DNA of 32,260 bases, taken from an uncultured Planctomycetia bacterium. Its GTDB lineage: Bacteria; Omnitrophota; Gorgyraeia; JABMQH01. Numbering within the stretch: the stretch's first letter is position 1; every line of letters begins with the position of its first letter. Below, in pieces: positions 8,434 to 16,240 of the stretch. The position numbers were made by a program, and so were the translations under genes. The stretch lies in assembly GCA_964421145.1 (NCBI GenBank), contig CAYQVM010000002.1:1-32260 (forward strand), in the 5' to 3' direction. The notes beneath the pieces were generated by a model that had not been told where the DNA came from, made no database searches, and saw only the letters and a program-made list of their open reading frames with translations.

Positions 8434-9069
8434 TTAATATTTGATCATCTCCTTAAGAGACTTGATAACTTTTTTATTTCTGTATTTCTTTATATCCGCT
8501 AAACTGCTGGAGCCCCCTTTGATAAATATAGCGTCCATCTTCGCCCTTCTCGCTGTCTCCAGGTCTATGTTCATGTCGCCCACAAAAACAGCGTCCTTTT
8601 TATCCACGCCAAACTTTTTCACTATCATGTTCAGGATCTTCGGCTTCGGTTTATGGCTTCTTATCTCATCGCCGCACAAGATATAATCTACCAACCGGCC
8701 CATCTTTAAAGTAGAAATAATAATATTCGTGAAGAATCGCGGCCGGTTGGAAGCTATGGCTATCTTTTTGGCGTTCTTTCTTAAAAAAACCAAAAGGCTT
8801 TTAGCGTATGGATTAAAACGCGCGTATTTCCTAAGCGACTTCTTATGATGCAGGCGGTAAATTCTGAGCGCTTCATCAATATCCTGCGATTTAAAAAAGG
8901 CCTCCATAAAGCGCCTGTCCCCCTTGCCTACGTTTCTCTTGGATTTTGCAAAGCTTACCGGGGGATATCCCAGTCTCTTCCTCGTATAGTTAAGGCTTTC
9001 CCAGATAGCCGTATAGGCATCGACAAGCGTCCCGTCCAGATCGAATATAAAAAGCTTCTTTGCCGTCAT
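8434..9069 (-). CDS. HAD-superfamily hydrolase (phosphoglycolate-phosphatase-like)
   Basis: Motif I is IFDLDGTLVD. Motif II Ser (ASN), a conserved Lys and motif IV (VFVGDMNID) are also present. Confidence 0.85.
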   Translation of the reverse strand: MTAKKLFIFDLDGTLVDAYTAIWESLNYTRKRLGYPPVSFAKSKRNVGKGDRRFMEAFFKSQDIDEALRIYRLHHKKSLRKYARFNPYAKSLLVFLRKNAKKIAIASNRPRFFTNIIISTLKMGRLVDYILCGDEIRSHKPKPKILNMIVKKFGVDKKDAVFVGDMNIDLETARRAKMDAIFIKGGSSSLADIKKYRNKKVIKSLKEMIKY

Positions 9070-9071
9070 CC

Positions 9072-9293
9072 CTATACAGCGATTACCTTCTTTACTTCCG
9101 GCACTTCCTGCCTGATTATCTTCTCAACGCCTGCCTTAAGGGTCATCTGGCTCATGGGGCAGCCCTGACAGGCGCCTGTAAGTTTCACCTTTACTATACC
9201 GTCAGGCGTAACATCTACCAGCACGATATCCCCGCCGTCTGTCTGCAGATTCGGCCTGATTTTATTTAATGCCGCTTCTATTTTCTCTCTCAT
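9072..9293 (-). CDS. NifU/Nfu C-terminal-domain Fe-S cluster carrier
   Basis: The 73-aa ORF has IRPNLQTDGGDIVLVDV...VKVKLTGACQGCPMSQMTLK, the typical Nfu CxxC motif and context. Confidence 0.85.
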   Translation of the reverse strand: MREKIEAALNKIRPNLQTDGGDIVLVDVTPDGIVKVKLTGACQGCPMSQMTLKAGVEKIIRQEVPEVKKVIAV

Positions 9294-9339
9294 TTTAACT
9301 CTCCTTTTTATCTAACAACTAATAACTATCAACTAACAA

Positions 9340-9774
9340 CTATTTTATACTATTTTTCTTATTTTTCAACCTCTTTCCTTTTATCAGCGAGTATATGCTA
9401 ACACCGCTTAATTCGGCAAATACATCCTTTTCTATCTCGGTCAGCTTCTTGTTCAACGGACAAGAATGAATATTAGGGCATATTTCTGCCTTAAAAGTGC
9501 ACTCATTTATCTTTAACGGGCCCTGAAATATCTCTATCAAGTCAATTAAAAATATCTTCTCGGGCGGTTCAACAAGTTGAAACCCGCCGCCCTTTCCTTT
9601 ATAAGATCTTATAATGCCCTTCTTGCTCAACAACTGCAATATTTTTCTTAAAAAAGGCCGCGGTATTTTCAGTTCCGCGACTATTTCTCTTGCGCAAACC
9701 TTTCTCTCCAGGCATCGTGCGCTGTAGCATAGCGCCCTTATCGCATAATCCGTATCTCTGGTTATAAGCTTCAT
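9340..9774 (-). CDS. Rrf2-family transcriptional regulator, probably Fe-S binding
   Basis: The N-terminus MKLITRDTDYAIRALCYSA is the Rrf2 winged-helix signature. The cysteine triad C-x6-C-x5-C (ECTFKAEICPNIHSCP) resembles the IscR/NsrR cluster ligands. Confidence 0.9.
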   Translation of the reverse strand: MKLITRDTDYAIRALCYSARCLERKVCAREIVAELKIPRPFLRKILQLLSKKGIIRSYKGKGGGFQLVEPPEKIFLIDLIEIFQGPLKINECTFKAEICPNIHSCPLNKKLTEIEKDVFAELSGVSIYSLIKGKRLKNKKNSIK

Positions 9775-9782
9775 TTTATCCG

Positions 9783-9813
9783 AAATGATACTATATCAGT
9801 ATCATTTTGTCAA
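9783..9813 (-). promoter_or_regulatory. Promoter with an embedded palindrome upstream of the Rrf2 gene (candidate autoregulatory operator)
   Basis: The inverted repeat AAATGATACT (9783..9792), a 5-nt spacer and AGTATCATTT (9798..9807) lie between TTGACA (9813..9808) and TATCAT (9790..9785). The -10 ends only 10 nt before the ATG, which suggests a very short or absent leader. Confidence 0.45.
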
Positions 9814-9822
9814 GAAAAAAAT

Positions 9823-10923
9823 TTAATCGAACCAGTTCTTTGTTTTTATACAAGTTCTGACCAGCATCAACATAACCGGAACTTCTATCAGAACTCCGAC
9901 AACCGTTGCCAATGAAGCCCCTGAAGATAACCCGAAAAGCATTGTCGAAGTAGCAATAGCCACTTCAAAATGGTTGCTCGCTCCGACCAATGCCGAAGGA
10001 GCGGCATCCCTATAAGACAATTTCAACCATTTAGCTAATCCGTATGAAATAGCAAAAATAAGGCATGTCTGAATAAAAAGCGGAATTGCTATCAGGAAGA
10101 TAATCTGCGGCTGATTAATAATCAGTTCGCCTTTAAATGAAAATAGCAAAATAAGGGTAAGCAACAAAGCGCATATTGAAACAGGCGTTAAATAATGCAG
10201 GAATTGTTCTTCAAACCATTTAAACCCCTTCTTGGCGATTAACCATTTTCTTGAGTAATAGCCTAAAAATAACGGCAGGCCGACATAAATAACCACTGAC
10301 AACACAATCGTCTGCCATGGAATAGGCATTTTATTTACTCCCAACAGCCATCCACCAAGCGGCGCGTAAAAAAATAACATCGTCAACGAATTGATAGCGA
10401 CCATGACCAACGTATGCCCATCGTTGCCGCGGGCTAAATGCCCCCAAATCAAAACCATTGCCGTGCAAGGCGCTATGCCAAGCAGAATACATCCTGCAAT
10501 ATAAGACCTAAACAGCTCCACTTGCGCTCCGCCCCTGACAATTTCAACTCCTGGAAGCCACCCTTTAAACAAAATCCCGAGGAAAAATGCCGCTATCGCA
10601 AGCATGGTAAAGGGCTTAATGCACCAGTTCACGATCAACGTAAGAATAACCGGCTTGGGTGTTTTGCCTGCCTTAACAACCTCGGCAAAATCAATTTTGA
10701 CCATAATGGGATACATCATAAAAAATAGGCAAATTGCGATAGGAACGGATACTTGGTATATCGACAATTGATCAAGTGTAACCGCAACTTGCGGAAATAG
10801 TTTACCCAGTAAAATCCCAAGCCCGATACACAGAATAACCCACACGGTGAGGTATTTTTCAAAAAAATTTAAACGCCGTTCTTCGTGAATAACATGATCC
10901 ATGCTTTTCTCAGTGTCTTTCAT
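9823..10923 (-). CDS. acr3: ACR3-family arsenite efflux permease
   Basis: [23 protein letters not shown] is followed by about 10 TM helices with ACR3-like sequence. I prefer the ATG at 10923 (MKDTEKS...), which forms an ATGA overlap with the DUF134 stop. The track ORF starts at 10953. Confidence 0.88.
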   Translation of the reverse strand: MKDTEKSMDHVIHEERRLNFFEKYLTVWVILCIGLGILLGKLFPQVAVTLDQLSIYQVSVPIAICLFFMMYPIMVKIDFAEVVKAGKTPKPVILTLIVNWCIKPFTMLAIAAFFLGILFKGWLPGVEIVRGGAQVELFRSYIAGCILLGIAPCTAMVLIWGHLARGNDGHTLVMVAINSLTMLFFYAPLGGWLLGVNKMPIPWQTIVLSVVIYVGLPLFLGYYSRKWLIAKKGFKWFEEQFLHYLTPVSICALLLTLILLFSFKGELIINQPQIIFLIAIPLFIQTCLIFAISYGLAKWLKLSYRDAAPSALVGASNHFEVAIATSTMLFGLSSGASLATVVGVLIEVPVMLMLVRTCIKTKNWFD

Positions 10924-11225
10924 CTCTTGCTCCTGCTCGAAATCTTGCAGCAACCGCCTTCTATCCTGATGGCTTTTATATTGACTAGCCCGTCTGCGAT
11001 CTTGTTCCGGGCTGAAGAGACTATTCTCGAGAATGTCGGCCGCGATATTTTAAGCCTTTTTGCCGCGTCAACCTGCTTTAGCCCTTCCAGATCTGCCAGC
11101 CTTACCGCCTCAAATTCGTCCAGGCTCAGATATACGCCTTCCAGCTTACTTAAGGGTTTGCATTGCGGCCTGAAACAGCGCTCGGCCGGTATACATTTTA
11201 TCCATCTTGTTTTTTTCGGTCTCAT
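10920..11225 (-). CDS. DUF134 (UPF0251) predicted DNA-binding protein
   Basis: [24 protein letters not shown]...[48 protein letters not shown] shows the typical DUF134 basic/Cys N-terminus plus a sigma70-region-4-like HTH. Confidence 0.85.
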   Translation of the reverse strand: MRPKKTRWIKCIPAERCFRPQCKPLSKLEGVYLSLDEFEAVRLADLEGLKQVDAAKRLKISRPTFSRIVSSARNKIADGLVNIKAIRIEGGCCKISSRSKR

Positions 11226-11234
11226 AGTATAATA

Positions 11235-11268
11235 AAAATAGATATGAACATTTGTTCATATCTATTTT
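11235..11268. promoter_or_regulatory. Perfect 16-bp-arm palindrome immediately upstream of the DUF134 start
   Basis: The sequence is AAAATAGATATGAACA tt TGTTCATATCTATTTT. On the minus strand a T-rich run follows it, and the DUF134 ATG comes 10 nt later. It could be an operator, or a terminator for the upstream rbr unit. Confidence 0.4.
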
Positions 11269-11291
11269 AGCAGATTATTCCCGGGTGTCAA

Positions 11292-11534
11292 TTAAATTTT
11301 GTGCTGGGCGAGATACCTGAAGGCGCTCAGCTCGGTCTTGGAGCCTTCGCCGACGGCTATAATAATCTGCTTCTCCGGCACACCCGTAACATCGCCTGCG
11401 GCAAATATACCCGGAACATTCGTCTCGTTGTGACAGTTCACCTTTATTTCTCCGGATTGGTTGATTCCAATATCTTTGACAAAATGCACATTAGGGGTAA
11501 AGCCTATCTCTACGAATAAGCCCTGAACATCCAT
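11292..11534 (-). pseudogene. C-terminal remnant of an AhpF/thioredoxin-reductase-like flavoprotein
   Basis: The 80-aa ORF GLFVEIGFTPNVHFVK...GEIKVNCHNETNVPGIFAAGDVTGVPEKQIIIAVGEGSKTELSAFRYL matches only the last ~75 residues of TrxB/AhpF, including the GIFAAGD FAD motif. The rubrerythrin stop lies 17 nt upstream, so there is no room for the missing ~230 N-terminal residues. Confidence 0.7.
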
Positions 11535-11551
11535 AGTTTCCTCTTTAACAA

Positions 11552-12151
11552 TTAATAATTTTCACAAAGTAGTTCGTAAAATGCCTGTGGATGTGCACAG
11601 GCCGGGCATTCTTCAGGGGTCTCCTTTCCCTCGTGGACATATCCGCAATTGCGACATTTCCACTTAACTACTATATCCTTTTTAAATACCTTCCCGTCTT
11701 TTATGTTCTTCAATAATTTTCGATATCTCTTCTCATGTTGTTCTTCTACCTCTGCTATTTCCTTAAATTGGCTAGTTATTTCTTCAAAACCTTCCTCGCG
11801 TGCTATTACTTGCGCTTTTTTGTAAAGCTTTGTCCATTCGAGATTTTCCCCAAGTGCAGCTGCCTCCAGGTTTGCTGCAGTATCGCCTATTATACCTGCT
11901 GGATAGGCTGCTGTAATTTCTACATCTCCACCCTCCAAAAGTTTAAAGAACCTTTTAGCATGTTCTTTTTCGTTATCAGCAGTTTCTAAAAATATTGCTG
12001 CTATTTGTTCATAGCCAGCCTTTTTTGCAACAGAGGCAAAATAGGTATATCGATTTCTTGCCTGTGATTCTCCTGCAAAAGAAGCCAGTAAGTTCTTCTC
12101 TGTTTTGGTTCCTTTTATAGATTTTTGCATGGTTTTCTCAGATTTTTTCAT
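11552..12151 (-). CDS. rbr: Rubrerythrin
   Basis: GTKTEKNLLASFAGESQARNRYTYFA and ExxH di-iron motifs (NEKEHAKRF, VEEQHEKRY) are present. The C-terminal rubredoxin-like domain has CRNCGY...CPACAHP. Confidence 0.95.
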   Translation of the reverse strand: MKKSEKTMQKSIKGTKTEKNLLASFAGESQARNRYTYFASVAKKAGYEQIAAIFLETADNEKEHAKRFFKLLEGGDVEITAAYPAGIIGDTAANLEAAALGENLEWTKLYKKAQVIAREEGFEEITSQFKEIAEVEEQHEKRYRKLLKNIKDGKVFKKDIVVKWKCRNCGYVHEGKETPEECPACAHPQAFYELLCENY

Positions 12152-12167
12152 AATTTCATCCTCTTCC

Positions 12168-12563
12168 TTATATTATTTCTATATCCTTAGAGCCCTCCCA
12201 CAAACCGTGTATATTACAGTACGAAACAGCCAGGATGGTCCCTGATTTTTCCGTCTTAAAACTTACTGTCGCTTCTGGATTAGTATAAACCGTGCTCGTA
12301 TCCGGGCCCTGGGTGGATTCTCCGTGCGCGGCAAAATCAAACATCCCTACATTATACGGAAACTTTTCGCCTCTCGGCTGAAAATAAACCGCTATCCAGC
12401 GGATATGATGTTCCGTCTTGTTGGGATGCGCTATCTGTTTGCCTACGGATACCGTAATCTTTACCGCCTCGCCTTTTTTTACGCTGGCGGGCCCGTCTAT
12501 CACCGGCACGTGTTTCTCCTGTTTCCAGTCAGCCGTCTGCACCAACGATTTTAATTCTACCAT
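12168..12563 (-). CDS. Superoxide reductase, 1Fe (neelaredoxin-type)
   Basis: EKHVPVI, KTEHHIRWI and CNIHGLWE are the His/Cys ligand motifs of the SOR centre II domain. There is no N-terminal desulforedoxin domain. Confidence 0.9.
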   Translation of the reverse strand: MVELKSLVQTADWKQEKHVPVIDGPASVKKGEAVKITVSVGKQIAHPNKTEHHIRWIAVYFQPRGEKFPYNVGMFDFAAHGESTQGPDTSTVYTNPEATVSFKTEKSGTILAVSYCNIHGLWEGSKDIEII

Positions 12564-12586
12564 AAAAACACCCCCCTCTTAAAAAA

Positions 12587-12772
12587 TCAACTCAGGATTA
12601 TAGCGGTCACAGGGCAATCCTCTGTCGCCTTCTTGCAGGTCTCTTCTGCGGCCTTCGGCACAGATGCGCCGATAACAACCGCCTTGTCCTCTTCCATCTT
12701 GAATACTTCCGGGCATGTAGAAACGCACAACTCGCATCCGATGCACAAATCCTTATCTACTTTTGCTTTCAT
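12587..12772 (-). CDS. Small single-cluster ferredoxin
   Basis: The ORF begins [29 protein letters not shown]... and ends ...CPVTAIILS, with a CxxCxxC...CP pattern. I prefer the start at 12772. The longer track ORF (to 12874) would run through the upstream gene. Confidence 0.8.
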   Translation of the reverse strand: MKAKVDKDLCIGCELCVSTCPEVFKMEEDKAVVIGASVPKAAEETCKKATEDCPVTAIILS

Positions 12773-13469
12773 TATATGATATCTCCTTCTTAAATTTACT
12801 TTTATCCGCCCCGCATATGGGGCATACCCAGTCATCCGGAAGTTTCTCAAAAGGCGTACCAGGTTTAATTCCACCTACCGGATCCCCGAGGGCAGGATCA
12901 TAGATATAATTACAAACCTCACATCTGTATTTCTGCATAACAACCTCTTCTTTCTTCGGCACCTCATCCTTAATAAACGTTGGCGCTGTCTTTGGTGTTG
13001 TGCCGCGTTTAATAAGGTGATAATAGGCGTAGGTCATGGGCGTGCCGGTCTTAAGCATTTTTAAATCAACCGCCTCGCCCAAAAAAAGCGTGTGGGTGCC
13101 GCAGTCCAGCTTTTTTGTGATCTTTACCTCTAGGAAACACACGGAATAATCCGTTACGACAGGGCAGCCGGAATCAAGGAGGATGTATTTCGTATCCTTA
13201 AATTTGTCCTCGGACCTGCCTGATTTAAAACCGAATTTACCTATGAAATTAAGCGGCGCGTCTTCGCCCAATACCGAAACACTGAAACGGCCGCTTTCCT
13301 CTATATATCCATGCGTCAGGTTCTGTTTGTTAATGCTGATAGCAATGGTCGCGGGTTCGCTCGTTATCTGGAAAACGGTGTTGGCTATCTGTCCGTTCAG
13401 CGCCTTGCCTTTATTGGAAGAAACTATATATACACCGTAACTTATGTTATACAGTACACTTAAATCCAT
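12753..13469 (-). CDS. Flavin-reductase-domain / rubredoxin fusion (high-molecular-weight rubredoxin type)
   Basis: The N-terminal flavin reductase-like domain includes YGVYIVSS...[14 protein letters not shown]. The C-terminal rubredoxin is [17 protein letters not shown]...[16 protein letters not shown]. Confidence 0.85.
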   Translation of the reverse strand: MDLSVLYNISYGVYIVSSNKGKALNGQIANTVFQITSEPATIAISINKQNLTHGYIEESGRFSVSVLGEDAPLNFIGKFGFKSGRSEDKFKDTKYILLDSGCPVVTDYSVCFLEVKITKKLDCGTHTLFLGEAVDLKMLKTGTPMTYAYYHLIKRGTTPKTAPTFIKDEVPKKEEVVMQKYRCEVCNYIYDPALGDPVGGIKPGTPFEKLPDDWVCPICGADKSKFKKEISYNESKSR

Positions 13470-13494
13470 ATAATTTTCCTTTTCTAACAGGGGT

Positions 13495-13523
13495 ATGATA
13501 TCAAAATAGGAGGTTTATTGCAA
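13495..13523 (-). promoter_or_regulatory. Possible promoter of the oxidative-stress gene set
   Basis: The minus strand reads TTGCAA (13523..13518), a 17-nt spacer and TATCAT (13500..13495). This sits between the hydG stop and the flavin reductase-rubredoxin ATG. Confidence 0.35.
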
Positions 13524-13525
13524 CG

Positions 13526-14947
13526 CTAAAAGAAAAGGTCTCTTTTGCCTTTTTCAAGGTCTTTCAATTTTTTAAGCGTTGCCTCTTTTACGGTAGTATT
13601 CGATATTGAGCCGGCCTCTTTAGCGACAATACCTGAAATCTCGACCGACTTATCGGGGCAATAATCCAGCGCGTACTCCTTAAAGGTCAAAAGCGCATTC
13701 GGGAGGCAGAAATTATGTATGTCGCCCGGCTTTGCCAGGTCCATAAAATCTTCCCCTGTCCTGCCCACCCTGTAGCAGGCAGTGCAGAAACTTGGGATAT
13801 AACCGCGGTTAACAATATCTACGATAACCTCTCTTAAAGAGCGGCTATCGCTTAATGAAAACTGTCCGGCGCTGTCTTTCTGTGTATATCCGCCTGGATT
13901 TGTCCTTGAGCCGGCTGAGATCTGCGAAATCCCCAAATCCAGCAGTTCGTTCCTTAATGAGGCTGTTTCCCTTGTTGACAATATCACCCCGGTATATGGG
14001 ACAGATAGCCTGAGAACCGCCACAAGTTTCTTAAAATCCTCACCCGAAACAGGGCATGGCGGATTTATGGAAATGGGCGCGCCCTGGGCAGGCTCTATCC
14101 TCGGCACTGAAATCGTATGTGGCCCAACACCAAATTTCTCTTCAAGGTACCGCGCGTGAGAAAGCAGGCCCAATACCTCAAATTTGTAATCATACAGGCC
14201 GAAAAGAACCCCTATGCCAACATCATCTATGCCCGCCTCCTGGGCGATATCCATTGCGTAAAGCCTTTTATAATAATCGCTCTTGGGCCCCGCGGTATGC
14301 ATAGCTCTATAAGTTTCTTTATGATATGTCTCCTGAAATAACTGATACGTCCCTATGCCTGCTTTTTTTAATCTCCTGAATTCTTTATATTTTAACGGGG
14401 CGACATTTACATTTACGCGGCGAATTACCCCTCTCTTATTTCTTGTTTCGTAGACGGTTTTTACCGCCCTTTCAAGATAACCGATATCGGAACCCGCGCT
14501 CTCCGAGGCCACCAGAAGAAGCCGTTTGTGGCCCTGGGCCAGAAGCGCTTTGACCTCTTTCTTAATCTCGGCCGCGCTTAAGCGCTTCCTTTTAATATTT
14601 TTGTTCCGGGCCCTGAAACCGCAATATAGGCAATCATTGGCGCACTTGTTTGAAAGATATAGTGGCGCAAAAAGGACGACCCTTTTACCGTATATCAATT
14701 CCTTGATCCTGCTTGCCGCATTAAAGATCTCGATTAGGAAATCCCTGTCATCGCAATTCAGTAACAGCGCCGCCTCTTTTAATCCAAGGCCCTTCAGATC
14801 CAGCGCCTTCTTTATAATGCGCCTTGCCTTCGGCCTTGAAAATTTGGCCTCTGCGATAATATTGTGCATTGTCACTTCATCAATAAATGTTTTCACCCAG
14901 CCCCTCCTACCAACCCAATTCCCCTCCATAGGAGGGGCTGGGTTCAT
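13526..14947 (-). CDS. hydG: [FeFe]-hydrogenase maturase HydG (radical SAM tyrosine lyase)
   Basis: The radical SAM motif is CANDCLYCGF. The HydG-specific C-terminal CX2CX22C motif (CTAC + 22 aa + C in SFCTACYRVGRTGEDFMDLAKPGDIHNFC) distinguishes it from ThiH. An ATGA overlap links it to the hydE 3' part. Confidence 0.9.
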   Translation of the reverse strand: MNPAPPMEGNWVGRRGWVKTFIDEVTMHNIIAEAKFSRPKARRIIKKALDLKGLGLKEAALLLNCDDRDFLIEIFNAASRIKELIYGKRVVLFAPLYLSNKCANDCLYCGFRARNKNIKRKRLSAAEIKKEVKALLAQGHKRLLLVASESAGSDIGYLERAVKTVYETRNKRGVIRRVNVNVAPLKYKEFRRLKKAGIGTYQLFQETYHKETYRAMHTAGPKSDYYKRLYAMDIAQEAGIDDVGIGVLFGLYDYKFEVLGLLSHARYLEEKFGVGPHTISVPRIEPAQGAPISINPPCPVSGEDFKKLVAVLRLSVPYTGVILSTRETASLRNELLDLGISQISAGSRTNPGGYTQKDSAGQFSLSDSRSLREVIVDIVNRGYIPSFCTACYRVGRTGEDFMDLAKPGDIHNFCLPNALLTFKEYALDYCPDKSVEISGIVAKEAGSISNTTVKEATLKKLKDLEKGKRDLFF

Positions 14948-15444
14948 AACCCCAAATCTGTAGGCGCCCTGCCTAATTCTTTCAAAAGCGCCAACGCCTC
15001 CTCAATCTGTTTATTAACCGGCTTGTCAACATCGGCCCTGTCCTTGTATATCTCGTATTGCCGCCTGTATTTAAGCGGCGTTACATTGAGCATGAATGAA
15101 TTCGCCCCCGAAAGCAGGCCCTCCCGCCGCATCCCCGCATCAACGGTCTCAAGAGCGGTCGTAACGAGTATCTTGGCGTCCGGGACCATCAGCCTTGTAA
15201 TGGCGATGAATTTAAGCATCTCATCTTTTGAAATAATTCCGCTGTCCTTAAGCGGCGTATCCGGATGCGGTATAAACGGCCCGAAGGAATACATCTCGGC
15301 GCCGAATGATTTCGCCAACAGGATGTCTTCTACCAGATCCTCTTTCATCTGGCCTGGCAGGCCCAGGAGGTCTCCGGTGGCGATGAGATATCCCATTTCC
15401 TTAAAAAAGTTTAAATGCGCGATTCTGTCTTCAAATTTATTGCT

Positions 15445-15590
15445 AATGAAGGATGCATATCTGAATGAAATGGACAAATTACCATCACTTCTCCAGTATG
15501 TTCATTAATACTTTTGATTTCTAAACCTATCTCTTCTAATCTACTAATTGATTTTTTATAATCATCAAGAATTACTAATATAAAAATCCT
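15445..15590 (-). other. AT-rich foreign-looking patch inside hydE, carrying an alternative-frame ORF with a primase CHC2 zinc-finger-like motif
   Basis: My hand count gives 18 G+C in the 90 nt at 15501..15590, about 20%, against visibly higher G+C in the flanks. The +1 frame (ORF 15411..15608) stays open across the patch and reads ...RLEEIGLEIKSINEHTGEVMVICPFHSDMHPSLAIN. This resembles the LG.E.K...G.....CPFH.D..PSL.I start of CHC2 primase zinc fingers. Confidence 0.5.
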
Positions 15591-16005
15591 GCCCTCTCTC
15601 GCCCACACTTAAAAAAATCAAAACAGGAAAATCTCTTCTTATCTTTCTGATCAGTTCTTCAAACACATCCGTTGTATAGTAATTATCTTCGCCTGATTGA
15701 AGAACCAATGCTTTAAAGCCAAGCCCGACCGCCTCTTTTACGCTGTCCAGTATCTCCTGAGGTGTCATTCGGTATCGCGGCAAGGTCTTATTTGACTTCC
15801 TTATTCCGCAATAAAGGCAGTCGTTACCGCAAAAATTTGAAAACTCTATTATTCCGTGGATACAGCAGGAATTGCTCAGATTCTTCTGCCTGAGGGCGTT
15901 TGCGGTCTTAAAAAGAAACTCTGCCTCGTTCTTCTTGTCTATATTAAAAAGCTTAAGGGCTTTTTGACTTGTAATAGGGGCAGTTATCCTGCCATCAAAC
16001 TTACT

Positions 16006-16239
16006 CAACTGGCTGTCTATCTTTTTAAGCTCGAAAAAAAGCTCTTTCCATGCCTCAAGCGACTTGGCCGCTTCGTCCCGGCTGACTTTTTGTATTACAA
16101 AGCCGCCCTGGGCATACACATAATCACCCAATGAAAGTTCCAGAAAGTCATTTCTGGCCTTCTTTGCCTCGCCAAAATAATCTATTATGGCAAGGCCGGG
16201 TTTTATGTCTATTATCTTTCCCGGTATAGCGTAGCACAT
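16006..16239 (-). other. HypC/HupF-like domain forming the N-terminus of the HydE ORF
   Basis: MCYAIPGKIIDIKPGLAIIDYFGEAKKARNDFLELSLGDYVYAQGGFVIQKVSRDEAAKSLEAWKEL can be compared with E. coli HypC, MCIGVPGQI...A.VD..G....V.L......G.WVLVHVGFA...I...EA. The essential Cys2 is present. Confidence 0.75.
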
Positions 16240-16240
16240 T

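Larger units (their letters stand above)
14944..16239 (-). pseudogene. hydE: HypC-domain/HydE fusion gene, interrupted: two in-frame ORFs (15565..16239 and 14944..15477) separated by a stop-rich AT-rich patch
   Basis: The 5' ORF carries a HypC-like domain and then HydE N-terminal sequence (IIEFSNFCGNDCLYCGIRKSN...RYRMTPQEIL...LVLQSGED...FLSVGERGQDFY). The 3' ORF carries HydE C-terminal sequence (FEDRIAHLNFFKEMGY...GLPGQ...FGPFIPHPDTPL). Both ORFs are in the same frame, but seven stop codons lie between them. The conserved AGADRYLLRxET segment is missing. Confidence 0.8.

Noticed and set aside
11535-11575. A possible second Rex site (..TTAATAATTTTCACAA..) at the rbr 3' end.
   Set aside because: Only the right half-site matches. 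The left half has about 4 of 7 identities, and the site lies at a gene end rather than at a promoter.
14864-15508. A 214-aa plus-strand ORF spanning the hydG/hydE junction. Similar plus-strand ORFs lie inside other genes (for example 2664..3128, 4974..5438, 5955..6506 and 29988..30440).
   Set aside because: All lie antisense to ORFs with strong family signatures and show no recognisable motifs. They are typical shadow ORFs.
15478-15567. Programmed translational bypass or recoding (T4 gene 60-like hop, Sec/Pyl read-through) across the hydE gap.
   Set aside because: There are seven stops of all three kinds in 90 nt. Skipping the gap would still leave HydE without its conserved AGADRYLLRxET segment. 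The length (48 codons versus about 31 expected) and the composition argue for replacement by foreign DNA or misassembly.
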